Source: Gemmatimonadota bacterium (GTDB lineage: Bacteria; Gemmatimonadota; Gemmatimonadetes; Gemmatimonadales; JACORV01). From it: a stretch of 52,439 bases of DNA. The stretch covers positions 1 through 52,439 of the forward strand of contig JACORV010000119.1 of NCBI GenBank assembly GCA_016179225.1, read 5' to 3'. Of the stretch, positions 19,433 through 28,732 are shown piece by piece. The notes under the pieces were generated by a model. It had not been told where the DNA came from. It saw only the letters and a program-made list of their open reading frames with translations, and did not search any database. Every line of letters begins with the position of its first letter. Position 1 is the first letter of the stretch. Both the position numbers and the translations under genes were made by a program.

Positions 19433-21478
19433 ATGGCTACGTCGTTGCTCCAGCGCCCGGTCGAGCGCCGGTCGGACCAGGTTCGCCTGTCGGGGCGCAT
19501 TCTCTACCTCTGCGACGACCCCGGGCTCCTCAAGCGTCAGCTCGACGGTGAGGATCTGGAGTGGACACCGGCGATCGCGCTGCGCGACAACATCTCGACG
19601 GACGAGATCACGCCGGCCTACATCTGCTACTACTTCGACGAGACCCTCGGCGAGTTCCCGTACCTCGGCCTCAAAGCCGGCGACCAGTTCCCGATCGCGC
19701 GCGCCAGCGTGAAGCGGGGCCGCTTCGTGGCATCGGTGGCCGGGAAGCGGCGCGGCAAGGGCAGCTCGCGCGAGCAGTCGCCGTACGCCGAGATGTGCGC
19801 CGGTATCCAGCTCGTCGTGGGCGAGAGCATCGAGCGGATCTACAAGGAAAACTGCCAGAACCTCGGGGTCCTCACCAGCACCGATTTCTCGGTGCTCGAG
19901 CGCCTGAAGAGCGGCGAGCCGATTCCGCTCTCGGTGTTCACGGAGGGTGAGGGCGAGATCACTCGCGGCATCATCGAGTACGGCGGGCTCTTCAACTACA
20001 ACGTGGCGCGGTTGCAGGGTAGGGTCCGCGTCCCGGCGATCACGACCGGACCGCGGCCGATGACGATCGGCGAGAAGATCTTCGCGCGGCATTGGGTGGT
20101 GGATGCGGCGGCCGGCAGGATCGGGGTTCCGGCGGTGCGGCCGGGCGACGAGGGGTTCGTGGTGACCGACATCAGGTTCAGCCACGAGTACGTGACGCCG
20201 ATGGCGGCGATCTTCTTCGAGCAGTTCGTCGGCCAGGACGAACCGCTCAACGATCCACCGTCGATCTTCTTCTTCCGCGACCACCTGACGTTCCTGAACC
20301 AGGTGATGCGCCCCGAGCACGTCGAAATGGGACTGCTCGACGTCGCGGCCCAGTTGGAAAAGAAGCAGCGCGAATTCGCCCAGGCCAAGGGCGTTAGGCT
20401 GTACGGGCAGCTTCAAGAGCGGCTGAACCTGCACGGCGCGGTCACGGCCGCGGGGTCCGAGGCGATCTGCCACTCGAAGATCCTGGAGGCGCACGCGCTG
20501 CCCGGGCAGATCATCATCGGCAGCGACTCCCACACCCCCCACGCCGGGGCGGTGGGGTGCGTGGCCTTCGGGGTCGGGACCACTGCGGTATTCAACAGCT
20601 GGATCACCAAGGACGTGCGCGTGCAGGTGCCCAAGTCCTTCCGGGTCACGATCCGCGGCCGGAAGCCGGAGAACGTGACGGCGAAGGACTTCATGCTCCA
20701 GATACTCCGGCACCCCTACGTCAAGAACGGCGACGCCATCGGGCAGATCGTCGAGTACGCGGGCGAGGCGGTGGAGGCGCTCTCGGTGGATGAGCGCGCG
20801 ACGATGACGAACATGGCCGCGGAGGTCGGCGCGTTCACCGGCATCATCGCGCCCGACCGGAAGACCGTGGACTACCTCGTCGAGGCGCGCGGGATGAGCC
20901 GCGCGGAGGCGGAGCGGCTGTGCGAGGGGCTCTGCTCGGATCCCGGCGCCGAGTACGTCAAGGAGATCGAGATCGACGCCTCCGCGCTCAAGCCCATGAT
21001 CGCGCTGCCGGGCGACCCGGGCAACGGCCTCTACATCGAGGAGCTCGGCGAGCCGGTTAGGATCGACATCGCCTACGCGGGCTCGTGCACCGCGGGCAAG
21101 CGCGAGGACATGGACATGTACGCGCGCGTCTTCCGCGAAGCGGTTGACCGCGGCCAGAAGGTGGTGCCCGGGATCCTGTGCTACATCCAGTGCGGCTCAC
21201 AGGACGTCTTCCGCTACTGCCAGGCGCAGGGGTACGACCGGATCTTCCGCGAGGTGGGCGCGACCTTCATCGAGCCCTCGTGCGGCGCGTGCATCAACGC
21301 GGGACCGGGCGTGTCGCGCCAGAAGACCGACGTCACCATCTCCGCCATCAACCGGAACTTCCCGGGCCGCTCCGGCCCCGGGCAGCTGTACCTCGCCTCC
21401 CCGTACACCGTCGCCGCATCGGCCCTGAGCGGCTACATCACGGCGTGGGAGCCGGAGCGGGCCGCCGCCGCGGTGTAA
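19433..21478 (+). CDS. Aconitase/isopropylmalate-isomerase-family Fe-S hydro-lyase with an N-terminal swivel (LeuD-like) domain
   Basis: Start is ATG 19433 (MATSLLQRP) inside track ORF 19139..21478. LeuD-like ISTDEITPA..GKGSSREQSP is followed by a catalytic core with GSDSHTPHAG, AGSCTAGKRED and PSCGACIN. Confidence 0.8.
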   Translation: MATSLLQRPVERRSDQVRLSGRILYLCDDPGLLKRQLDGEDLEWTPAIALRDNISTDEITPAYICYYFDETLGEFPYLGLKAGDQFPIARASVKRGRFVASVAGKRRGKGSSREQSPYAEMCAGIQLVVGESIERIYKENCQNLGVLTSTDFSVLERLKSGEPIPLSVFTEGEGEITRGIIEYGGLFNYNVARLQGRVRVPAITTGPRPMTIGEKIFARHWVVDAAAGRIGVPAVRPGDEGFVVTDIRFSHEYVTPMAAIFFEQFVGQDEPLNDPPSIFFFRDHLTFLNQVMRPEHVEMGLLDVAAQLEKKQREFAQAKGVRLYGQLQERLNLHGAVTAAGSEAICHSKILEAHALPGQIIIGSDSHTPHAGAVGCVAFGVGTTAVFNSWITKDVRVQVPKSFRVTIRGRKPENVTAKDFMLQILRHPYVKNGDAIGQIVEYAGEAVEALSVDERATMTNMAAEVGAFTGIIAPDRKTVDYLVEARGMSRAEAERLCEGLCSDPGAEYVKEIEIDASALKPMIALPGDPGNGLYIEELGEPVRIDIAYAGSCTAGKREDMDMYARVFREAVDRGQKVVPGILCYIQCGSQDVFRYCQAQGYDRIFREVGATFIEPSCGACINAGPGVSRQKTDVTISAINRNFPGRSGPGQLYLASPYTVAASALSGYITAWEPERAAAAV

Positions 21479-21506
21479 ACGCCCGGCGCCGCGCTGGCGC
21501 AGGGCG

Positions 21507-21530
21507 GTAATTTATCGTAATTTTGCGATA
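21507..21530 (+). promoter_or_regulatory. AT-rich promoter/operator region of the ArsR-family gene (possibly leaderless)
   Basis: GTAATTT direct repeat at 21507-21513 and 21517-21523. Inverted repeat TATCG (21513-21517) / CGATA (21526-21530) abuts ATG 21530. The -10-like TAATTT lies 6 nt before the ATG. Confidence 0.35.
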
Positions 21531-21817
21531 TGACGGCCCACGGTAGCGAGCCCGGGCTGCGGGTGGCGAAGCTGTGCAAGGCCCTCGGCCACCCCGCGCG
21601 CGTGGCGATCGTGCGGTACCTCAAGGCGCGACGCGGCGCGCCGACGTGCGGCGAGATCGTGACCCAGCTCCCGCTCGCCCAGTCGACGGTTTCGCAGCAT
21701 CTCCGGGTGCTACAGGAAGCGGGCTTCGTCACCGCGCAGGACGAGCCGCCGCGGGTACGTTACCGTCTCGAGCTTGCCGCCTTCGATGAGTTCCGGCGCG
21801 CGCTGGCCTCGCTCTAG
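21530..21817 (+). CDS. ArsR/SmtB-family transcriptional regulator
   Basis: [13 protein letters not shown] and [28 protein letters not shown]. Confidence 0.85.
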   Translation: MTAHGSEPGLRVAKLCKALGHPARVAIVRYLKARRGAPTCGEIVTQLPLAQSTVSQHLRVLQEAGFVTAQDEPPRVRYRLELAAFDEFRRALASL

Positions 21818-24159
21818 CGCGTTTCGCGCGCCGAGGCGCGGAGCGCGTTGAAGAGCAGCGGGAACGTGGCTTGGCTCTGGCCGCGGTACTGGGGCCGGAA
21901 ACCGAACAGGACCACCTTTCCCCGGCCGCGCCGCACCTCGACGAGCGCCCCCTTGCCGGCGATCTGCGCGGCCCCGAGAACCCACCCCGACAGCAGCACC
22001 TCGCCCGCCGCGGTCGGGTAGCGGCCGACGATCCGCGCACGGGTCGGGTCGCGGACGTCGAACGCTGGCCCCGACTCGAACCACGCGATCGTTTCCGCCG
22101 GCATGCCTTCGGCCAGGGGGTGGTCGGTGTCGAGCCGCAGGCGGAAGATGCTTCCGGGTGCGTAGAACTCGAGGTTCGAGAGACCATCGAGCGCGTTCGT
22201 TACCGGCAACTCCAGCGCCGCGATCGCGAACGCGCACGCGTCGTTGAGCGCGATCAGCGTGCCCCCTCCGTCCACGAAGTCCCGCAGCCCCTGCACGCCC
22301 GAAGTGCCAAGCCCTCCCGCGAACCGGGCTGGATACCGCCGGGGCGAGAGGCCTTCCACGATGGCCCGCGGCGACATGTCCGGCAGCACGATGGCGTCGA
22401 GGCCCGCGCCGAGGTTGCCGGCTCGGATGCTCGAATCCACGAGGCTCTCGTAGGGGATGCCGTAGAGGTCCAAGATCCACCGGGTCCAGCCCTCGTCGAT
22501 CGGCGCGGTGTACGAGCGGTAGAGGCCTACGCGCGGCGCGGCGGGCGCGCGCGGGCCGCCGGCGGACGACAGCCCGGGAGCGCGGAACACCGGCACGGGC
22601 GCCGTCACCGGCGCCGAGAGGCCGACGGCGAGACTCTCCGGCGCGGCAATCACGCGGACGCCTAAGAGGAGCGGCAGCGTGTGCGCCGTGACGTCGTACG
22701 GGCGCTTCGGAGGACCGCCGGGGTAGTCGCGCAGGTCCGGGTAGACCTGACGTTCGAGCAGGGCCTTCGCGAAGGCCGCGTACGGCTGCCGCAGCGGCAC
22801 CACGTAGGTGCCGGGGGTGTACCGGTCGCGTCCCAGCGAGAACGGGACCAGCGCCGAGCGCACTTCGACCTGCCCGTGCCGGAGGATCTGGAGCAGCGTC
22901 GCGAGCGCCGTCTGGTCCTGGTTCGCGGTGGGAATCACGTAGGCGTATGGCCAGTCGGGCCAGCCGCGCGCCGCGCGCAGGCCGACGCCGTAGAACCCGC
23001 GCAGCCACTCGTCGCGGTATCGTGCCGCGTGGTCCAGCATGGCCATGGCTCCCGCGGTCTGATAGCGGACGATGTCGGCCAGCGTCCACCGTCCGCCCGG
23101 CCACGGCGCCACGAAGTTCCAGGTCGCGGTGCGCGGATCCACGCCAGGCTCCGGCCGCAGGCTGTCGAAGGGCACCGTGATGGACGTGGCGAGGTCGGCG
23201 CTCGCCGTCTCCGTCAGGATGCGCACCGCGCCGTGGTAGTGCTGGAAGGCGCGCGCCGGCGTCCACATGTCGTAGATGGAATTGAGCGAGATACCGGCGA
23301 GCCCGTCGGCGGTCAGCCGTCTCGCGATATGCACTCCCAACGCGTTGACGCTCTGCACCAGCAGCGGGTCGACGTTGGGCTCCACGGGGTCCAGGTAGGG
23401 GGGGACGAACATCCGCGGCCCCTCGCTCCCCATCTGGTGAATGTCCATAGTGACCTGCGGGTGCCACACGCCGTACAAGCTGTCCACGACCATACGCGTC
23501 TCGACTTGCGTAAACGCGTACCAGTCACGGTTGTTGTCGTGCCCGGTGTAATGGTGATAGAGCTCCGGCGGGTCCGTGCCTTCCGCCCCGGTGCCGAGGG
23601 TCTGGTTGTACCACCGGGACACGATGGTGACGCCGTCGGGGTTCGCCGACGGCACGAGGATGACGACCGTATTGTCGAGAATCCGGCGGACCTCGGGCGT
23701 GGCGCTCGACGCGAGGCGGTAGGCGATCTCGAGTGGGGCGAAGAACCCGCCGACCTCGTCCGAATGAATGCTCGAGGTGATCAGCACGAACGTCTTGCCT
23801 TGCGCGATCAGGCGCGCCGCCTCGGCTGAGTCGCGGACGAGGCGAGGGTCGGCCAGCCGGCGCTGCGTGTCGCGGAGCGCGGCGAGCCGCGCGAGGTTGG
23901 CCGGGCTCGAGATGAAGGCCACCATGAACGACGCGCCGTTGGTGGTCTTGCCGATTTCGCGTGCGATCACGCGGTCGCTCGCGGCGTCGAGGGCGCGGAA
24001 GTAGCGCGTGATGGCGTCCCACTCGACGAGCCGGCGTTCGGCTCCCGGCGCGAAGCCGAGCACGGCGGCGGGGGCGGGCACAGGCCGTTGCTGGGCGGCC
24101 GCGGGGCCGGCGGCAGCCAGGGCGGCCAGGGCGATCAGCGACGCGACGAAAAGGTGCAT
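21814..24159 (-). CDS. Secreted M14-family zinc carboxypeptidase-like protein with a large C-terminal extension
   Basis: Signal peptide, [10 protein letters not shown] (HxxE zinc motif), [12 protein letters not shown], and a 781-aa ORF. Confidence 0.75.
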   Translation of the reverse strand: MHLFVASLIALAALAAAGPAAAQQRPVPAPAAVLGFAPGAERRLVEWDAITRYFRALDAASDRVIAREIGKTTNGASFMVAFISSPANLARLAALRDTQRRLADPRLVRDSAEAARLIAQGKTFVLITSSIHSDEVGGFFAPLEIAYRLASSATPEVRRILDNTVVILVPSANPDGVTIVSRWYNQTLGTGAEGTDPPELYHHYTGHDNNRDWYAFTQVETRMVVDSLYGVWHPQVTMDIHQMGSEGPRMFVPPYLDPVEPNVDPLLVQSVNALGVHIARRLTADGLAGISLNSIYDMWTPARAFQHYHGAVRILTETASADLATSITVPFDSLRPEPGVDPRTATWNFVAPWPGGRWTLADIVRYQTAGAMAMLDHAARYRDEWLRGFYGVGLRAARGWPDWPYAYVIPTANQDQTALATLLQILRHGQVEVRSALVPFSLGRDRYTPGTYVVPLRQPYAAFAKALLERQVYPDLRDYPGGPPKRPYDVTAHTLPLLLGVRVIAAPESLAVGLSAPVTAPVPVFRAPGLSSAGGPRAPAAPRVGLYRSYTAPIDEGWTRWILDLYGIPYESLVDSSIRAGNLGAGLDAIVLPDMSPRAIVEGLSPRRYPARFAGGLGTSGVQGLRDFVDGGGTLIALNDACAFAIAALELPVTNALDGLSNLEFYAPGSIFRLRLDTDHPLAEGMPAETIAWFESGPAFDVRDPTRARIVGRYPTAAGEVLLSGWVLGAAQIAGKGALVEVRRGRGKVVLFGFRPQYRGQSQATFPLLFNALRASARETR

Positions 24160-24187
24160 GGCGATGCTCGCGGTAGGTGGAGAAAAG

Positions 24188-24228
24188 CTTCGAGCCTCGT
24201 TCCGACGCTTCCGGAACGAGGCTCGAAG
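24188..24228 (-). terminator. Strong hairpin terminator downstream of the OmpA-like gene
   Basis: Perfect 17-bp stem CTTCGAGCCTCGTTCCG / CGGAACGAGGCTCGAAG with a 7-nt loop. On the minus strand it is followed by CTTTTCTCC. Confidence 0.75.
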
Positions 24229-24252
24229 TTCGTTCGGTCTGCCGCTATCGCG

Positions 24253-25914
24253 CTACGAGACGCGCTTGAGCTGCACGCGCCGGTTCTGCGCCCGGCCGGC
24301 GGCCGTGGTGTTGGGGGCGATCGGGCGATCCGGACCGACGCCGACGGCGACGAGAACGCTGCGATCGACTCCCTTGCTGACGAGGTAATTCGCCACCGCG
24401 TCGGCCCGGTTCTGCGAGATGCGCCGGTTCAGCGCGACCGCGCCGCGGTTGTCGGTGTGGCCCTGGACCTCCCAGCGCGAGCCCGGGGTCGCCACGATGG
24501 CGGCCGCGATCCCGTCGAGGGCGGTCCGCGCGGCCGGCAGGATCTCCGCCGTGCCGGCGCGGAACTGCACCCGCAGCACCATCTCGCTGCCGACCGCCGG
24601 TAGCTCGGCGAGCGGGCAGCCGCTGGTGTCGACCCGGCGGCCGGCGGGCGTGTTGGCGCACCGGTCGTTGGCGTCAATCACGCCATCGCCGTCCGCGTCA
24701 CGCGCCACGGGGCAGCCGTTGGCATCCACCTGCGTGCCGGCGGCGGTGTTCGGGCAGCGGTCGGTGTTGTCCGCTACGCCGTCGCCGTCACTGTCGCGCG
24801 GGCACCCGTTGGCGTCCACCGGAGTGCCGGCGGGCGTGTTCGGACAGCGGTCGCTGTTGTCCATCACGCCGTCGCCGTCGCTGTCGCGCGGGCACCCGTT
24901 GGCGTCCACCGGAGTGCCGGCGGGCGTGTTCGCGCAGCGATCCAGGTGGTCGGCCACGCCGTCACGATCGGTGTCGACCGGGCAGCCGTTGGCGTCCACG
25001 CGAACGCCGGAGGGCGTGTTCGGGCAGCGGTCGAGGTTGTCGGCGATGCCGTCGCTGTCGGTGTCGCGGGTGCAGCCGTTCGCGTCCACCGGCGTGTTGG
25101 GCGGCGTGTTCGCGCACCGATCGAGGCCGTTGAGGACGCCGTCGCGGTCGGTGTCGGACGGGCAGCCTCGCACGTCCACCGTGGCGCCGCGCGGGGTGCT
25201 GGCGCAGCGGTCGCGCCGGTCCGCGACGCCGTCGCCGTCGGTGTCGCGCGGCGGCCCGCCGCCGGCGAAGTACGACACGCCGAGCGTGGCGGTACCGTTG
25301 TAGGCAGGATCCGGAGTCTCGTCGTAGTTCTCGTACGCGATCCGGCCCTCGAGGCGCACGGCGAGGTTCTCCCCGACCATCGAGCGGACGCCGACGCCAG
25401 CATGGCCACCGAAGGTCGCGGTGATGTGGCTCCCGTTGCCCGAGAAGCGGGTCAAGCCGGCGCCCACAGTCGCGAACGGACTCATCTTGCGATTGATGTC
25501 CATCGTGTAGGTGAGGGCGCCGAACGGTGAAATCGCCGTCGCGCCGTTGCCGGTCGCGAACCCGGACCCGGCGCTCACACCGATGTTCTTGGTAAAGTTG
25601 TAGCCGACGCGGGCCACGCCGCCGGGCATGATTCTGCTGGGATCAGGGTCGGCGATACCGGCACTCGCGAGGGAGCCGTTCAGCGCCTGGTCGATGGTCA
25701 TGAGGCCGCCGGAGATACTCAGCTCGATGCTCCCCTCGCGGTGGGCCGCCATCATCGCCCGGGCCGCGGGACGCTGTGCGGGCTGAGCCGCCGGCCGCTG
25801 CGGCGGAGGTGTCGCCGGTCGCGCCGGAGGTTGCGCCGGCCGCTGCTGGGCCATCGCCAGCGTCGGCACGAACGCCGCCAGCGTTCTCGCAGCCAACAAG
25901 AATCGGTTACGCAT
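24253..25914 (-). CDS. OmpA-family outer-membrane protein with an N-terminal beta-barrel, thrombospondin type-3 (calcium-binding) repeats and a C-terminal OmpA domain
   Basis: Signal peptide, porin-like Gly/aromatic region, about 9 repeats of D.D.DGV.D..D.C.NTP, and an OmpA-C motif VQGHTDNRGAVALNRRISQNRADAVANYL. Confidence 0.9.
   Translation of the reverse strand: MRNRFLLAARTLAAFVPTLAMAQQRPAQPPARPATPPPQRPAAQPAQRPAARAMMAAHREGSIELSISGGLMTIDQALNGSLASAGIADPDPSRIMPGGVARVGYNFTKNIGVSAGSGFATGNGATAISPFGALTYTMDINRKMSPFATVGAGLTRFSGNGSHITATFGGHAGVGVRSMVGENLAVRLEGRIAYENYDETPDPAYNGTATLGVSYFAGGGPPRDTDGDGVADRRDRCASTPRGATVDVRGCPSDTDRDGVLNGLDRCANTPPNTPVDANGCTRDTDSDGIADNLDRCPNTPSGVRVDANGCPVDTDRDGVADHLDRCANTPAGTPVDANGCPRDSDGDGVMDNSDRCPNTPAGTPVDANGCPRDSDGDGVADNTDRCPNTAAGTQVDANGCPVARDADGDGVIDANDRCANTPAGRRVDTSGCPLAELPAVGSEMVLRVQFRAGTAEILPAARTALDGIAAAIVATPGSRWEVQGHTDNRGAVALNRRISQNRADAVANYLVSKGVDRSVLVAVGVGPDRPIAPNTTAAGRAQNRRVQLKRVS
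24612..25250 (-). repeat. Coding tandem repeats (TSP3 modules), including a recently homogenised 90-bp unit
   Basis: 24791-24842 and 24881-24932 are identical over 52 nt at a 90-nt period (one 30-aa module). Flanking modules are more diverged. Confidence 0.85.
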
Positions 25915-26194
25915 GGTAATTCTCCCGGAGAGGTTGGTCCGTCTCGTGCTCAGTTACCGCAATTCACTGCTGTAATGTCTTCGGTGGAATCGTCCGGCGC
26001 TGCGGCCGTCCGCCCGCCACCTGCGATCGCGTCGTCGCCCACCCGCCGCAGCGTCAAGGATTATGGCCGCCGCGAATGGACAGCGCAAGCACCAGCGTGG
26101 ACCCACCCATTTCGGAGAGGGGGTCGCACCCCTCACAATTCTACGTGTCCCGTGGTGAACCGCAACCCCGCCAGGGCTCAAGCCTAAAACCCCG

Positions 26195-28306
26195 TCACCC
26201 CTTCACGAAACGCGCGGCGCCAGCGAGTTGCTCGGCGCTCCGGGAGAGCTGGATCGCACTTCGGGACAGGTTCTCGATGGCGTCGAGCTGTTCGGCGGCG
26301 GAAGCGGCGACCACCTTAGCCTCGGAGGCGGATGTCTGGGCTGCCTGGCCCAGCTCCGTCAGCATCCTCTGCATCTCATCGGCCTGGGCCGTGTTCCGGC
26401 GGGGGAACTCCACCATCCGCTCCGAGAGGCGCGCGGCGGTCTCGCTGGCCCGCACGATGGATTCCAGGTCCGCGATCCACTGATTGGCCGCCGCCGCGGT
26501 GTCGCCGATTTCGCGCCGCATCCGTTCGAGCAGCTGGGCCGCGCGGTCGAGCACCCGCCGCGTTTCCGCGGTGGTCTTGGTCGCGCGCGCGGCCTCCCGG
26601 GCGCTCTCCTCGGCGAGCCGGCGCACCTCGTCGGCCACCACCGCGAACCCCGCCCCGTGCGCGCCGGCGCGGGCCGCCTCGATTGTCGCGTTGAGGGCCA
26701 GCATGTTGGTCTGATTCGCCACGGCACCAATCGTCTCGGCGAACCGTCCCACCTGCTCCGCCGCTTCCCGCAGCCGCCCCACCTCGGCGGCGCCGTGTTC
26801 GACCGTCTCGCCAATGCGCTCGAGGTTGCTCGCCGTCTTCGCGGTGGCCACACGAATGGTCTGGGCGGCCTGCTCCATCTCCTGCGCCGCGCGATGCGTC
26901 TCGTTGCCGGCGGCCGCCGCATCGTGGGCGCTCGCGCGCAGCCCGACCATGGCCTCCTCGGCGCTTTCGACCAGGGTCGCCGCCGCCACTGCGCCGGTTT
27001 CGGCCCGCTGGGCCGCAGCCGTCACTTCCTCCGAGCTGGCGTGGATCTGCTGGCTCGTCGCGGTGAGGTGCTCGACGTACATCGCCGTCTGCTCGGACGA
27101 CTCGATGAGCGGCGCCACCAGCGCGTGGAGGCTGAGGGCCAGCGCGAGGTTCGGCGCGAGGGAGGCCAAGAGCAGCGCGTCGACATCGCGGTACATCGAG
27201 GGGTCGCCGTGCCGGATGCTCCACGCGCCGATCAGCTTCTCCCCCTGATAGAGCGGAATGAGGATCTCGGAGCCCGGTCGCTCCCAGTCGGCCGACGGCG
27301 CCCCCGATTGGCGCAGGCTGCTGGCGACGACCGGCCCGCGGCGCCGCAGCGCTTCGCCGGTGAGCCCCTGGTCGGCGGGCAGGCGACTCCCCCGCGTGTG
27401 CTCGGCACTGGTATCGGCGATTAGCTCCAACTCGTGCTTTGCTTCGTCGTAGCGCGCGAAGCCCATGTGCTCCCAGGGCATGAGCCGGCGGGTCAGATCC
27501 TGAATGGTGGCGAAGTTGCGGTCCAGGTTGATGTCCGCCGCAATCGCGCTCGAGAGTCGCTGGATCAGCCGCAGCTCGTCGGCCCGCACCCCCATCCGCG
27601 CGACCCACAGGACCAGCGCGGTGAGGCCGAGGAGCGTCACGCCCAGGGCGATCTTGTAGCTCGCGGGCGCCGCCATCACCGAGACCGCGAACCACCCCAG
27701 CGCGAGGCCGGCACTCAGGGCGAAGACCACGCCTTCCCAACGTAGCGTGAGCCGGGCATCCACCCAGGCGACCGCCTGCGAGAGCGCGAGCTCCAGGTAA
27801 AAGGTCGCGTTCACCACTATTGGCAGCACAACGACCAGGGCGAGGAGGGGCAAGCCGTTCGACGGCCAGAGCGCCGCCGGCCCGTACGCACCGCCGATCA
27901 GGTCGTAGAAGAAGCCGACGGCCGCGCTGCCGAAGGTGAGGTGTCCGACGTTGATGAGGGCGGCACGTGGGGGGAGTTTCCGGAAGACCAGATCGCCTGC
28001 CGGCATGCCGAAGAGAGCCACCAGCGCGCCCCAGGCCCAGCCGTGTCGCAGAATCGCGAAGAGCACCACCGCCAACACGAACGACGCGAACCCCTTGCCG
28101 GGCAGGGGCAGACCGAACTCCCGGGTGGCCGCGGCGGCGACCACCGTGAGCGCAAGCTCGACCCAAGGGAACGGCGCCGGGAGGCTCGACGTCCAGATCG
28201 CGGCGACAATCGCGAACACGGCACCGGTCACGACGCCGATCTGGATCAGCGTTTCTCGGCGGACCGCAGTTTCCTGGTCGAAAGTGTTGTCCAAGCTCAG
28301 CTCCAA
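26195..28306 (-). CDS. Methyl-accepting chemotaxis protein with a polytopic N-terminal membrane domain and a GAF-like domain
   Basis: MCP signalling hairpin [35 protein letters not shown]. About 8 predicted TM helices at the N-terminus, with a GAF-like middle region. Track start 28306 is a TTG. Confidence 0.85.
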   Translation of the reverse strand: MELSLDNTFDQETAVRRETLIQIGVVTGAVFAIVAAIWTSSLPAPFPWVELALTVVAAAATREFGLPLPGKGFASFVLAVVLFAILRHGWAWGALVALFGMPAGDLVFRKLPPRAALINVGHLTFGSAAVGFFYDLIGGAYGPAALWPSNGLPLLALVVVLPIVVNATFYLELALSQAVAWVDARLTLRWEGVVFALSAGLALGWFAVSVMAAPASYKIALGVTLLGLTALVLWVARMGVRADELRLIQRLSSAIAADINLDRNFATIQDLTRRLMPWEHMGFARYDEAKHELELIADTSAEHTRGSRLPADQGLTGEALRRRGPVVASSLRQSGAPSADWERPGSEILIPLYQGEKLIGAWSIRHGDPSMYRDVDALLLASLAPNLALALSLHALVAPLIESSEQTAMYVEHLTATSQQIHASSEEVTAAAQRAETGAVAAATLVESAEEAMVGLRASAHDAAAAGNETHRAAQEMEQAAQTIRVATAKTASNLERIGETVEHGAAEVGRLREAAEQVGRFAETIGAVANQTNMLALNATIEAARAGAHGAGFAVVADEVRRLAEESAREAARATKTTAETRRVLDRAAQLLERMRREIGDTAAAANQWIADLESIVRASETAARLSERMVEFPRRNTAQADEMQRMLTELGQAAQTSASEAKVVAASAAEQLDAIENLSRSAIQLSRSAEQLAGAARFVKG

Positions 28307-28321
28307 CAGCGCCTTTCGTGC

Positions 28322-28341
28322 CTGACTGATTGCTCAGTCAG
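28322..28341. promoter_or_regulatory. Perfect 8-4-8 palindrome CTGACTGA-TTGC-TCAGTCAG in the MCP / selW-like divergent region
   Basis: Read directly; it lies 16 nt upstream of the MCP start. A near-identical copy lies at the TetR gene (32886-32905). Confidence 0.5.
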
Positions 28342-28504
28342 TAAGCCTCATTCTCGTTTGTCGTGGATGGCGCGCCCCGATGAAGTCGGAAACCAGAGGC
28401 CTGCCAGGTTAAGGCGCAAATCGGGGCGCGTCAAGCGACGGACTGTCGTCGGCGCGGCCGCGGTGCTAGAGTGTGAGCCGGTAATGGGCCAAGTGAGGAG
28501 TGCG

Positions 28505-28732
28505 ATGCGGGTGCGCATCGAGTACTGCGTCGTCTGAAACTACGAGCCGCGCGCCGCCGGTCTGGCGGCGGAGATTCGGCAACGGTACCCAGGCGCGGAG
28601 ATCGCGCTCGAGGAATCCTCGGGCGGGGTCTTTGAGGTGGCCGTCGACGGGCAGCTGATCTTTTCGAAGAAGGCGCTGGGGCGGCATGCCGAGCCGGGGG
28701 AGATCCTGACGCTGATGGCACCGTGCGCATAG
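28505..28732 (+). CDS. SelW/Rdx-family selenoprotein (75 aa; TGA 28535-28537 read as selenocysteine)
   Basis: GAGGAG lies 4 nt upstream of ATG 28505. Translation is MRVRIEYCVV-U-NYEPRAAGLAAEIRQRYPGAEIALEESSGGVFEVAVDGQLIFSKKALGRHAEPGEILTLMAPCA. It has the Rdx-family CxxU motif and the GG.FEV.VDG.LI.SKK..GR..EP signature. The frame stays open to TAG 28730-28732. Confidence 0.75.
28552..28570 (+). other. SECIS-like hairpin downstream of the in-frame UGA
   Basis: CGCCGCC-GGUCU-GGCGGCG: a 7-bp perfect stem beginning 14 nt after the UGA, with a G-initiated apical loop about 24 nt from the UGA. Confidence 0.55.

Noticed and set aside
24612-25250. Regularly spaced repeats that might suggest a CRISPR array.
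   Set aside because: The repeats are in frame within a continuous 553-aa ORF and encode TSP3 calcium-binding modules. There are no unique spacers and no cas genes.
26110-26140. GAGGGG-GTCGCA-CCCCTC hairpin downstream of the MCP gene, as its terminator.
   Set aside because: The stem is only 6 bp, there is no U-tract on the relevant strand, and it lies about 70 nt from the stop. The evidence is insufficient.
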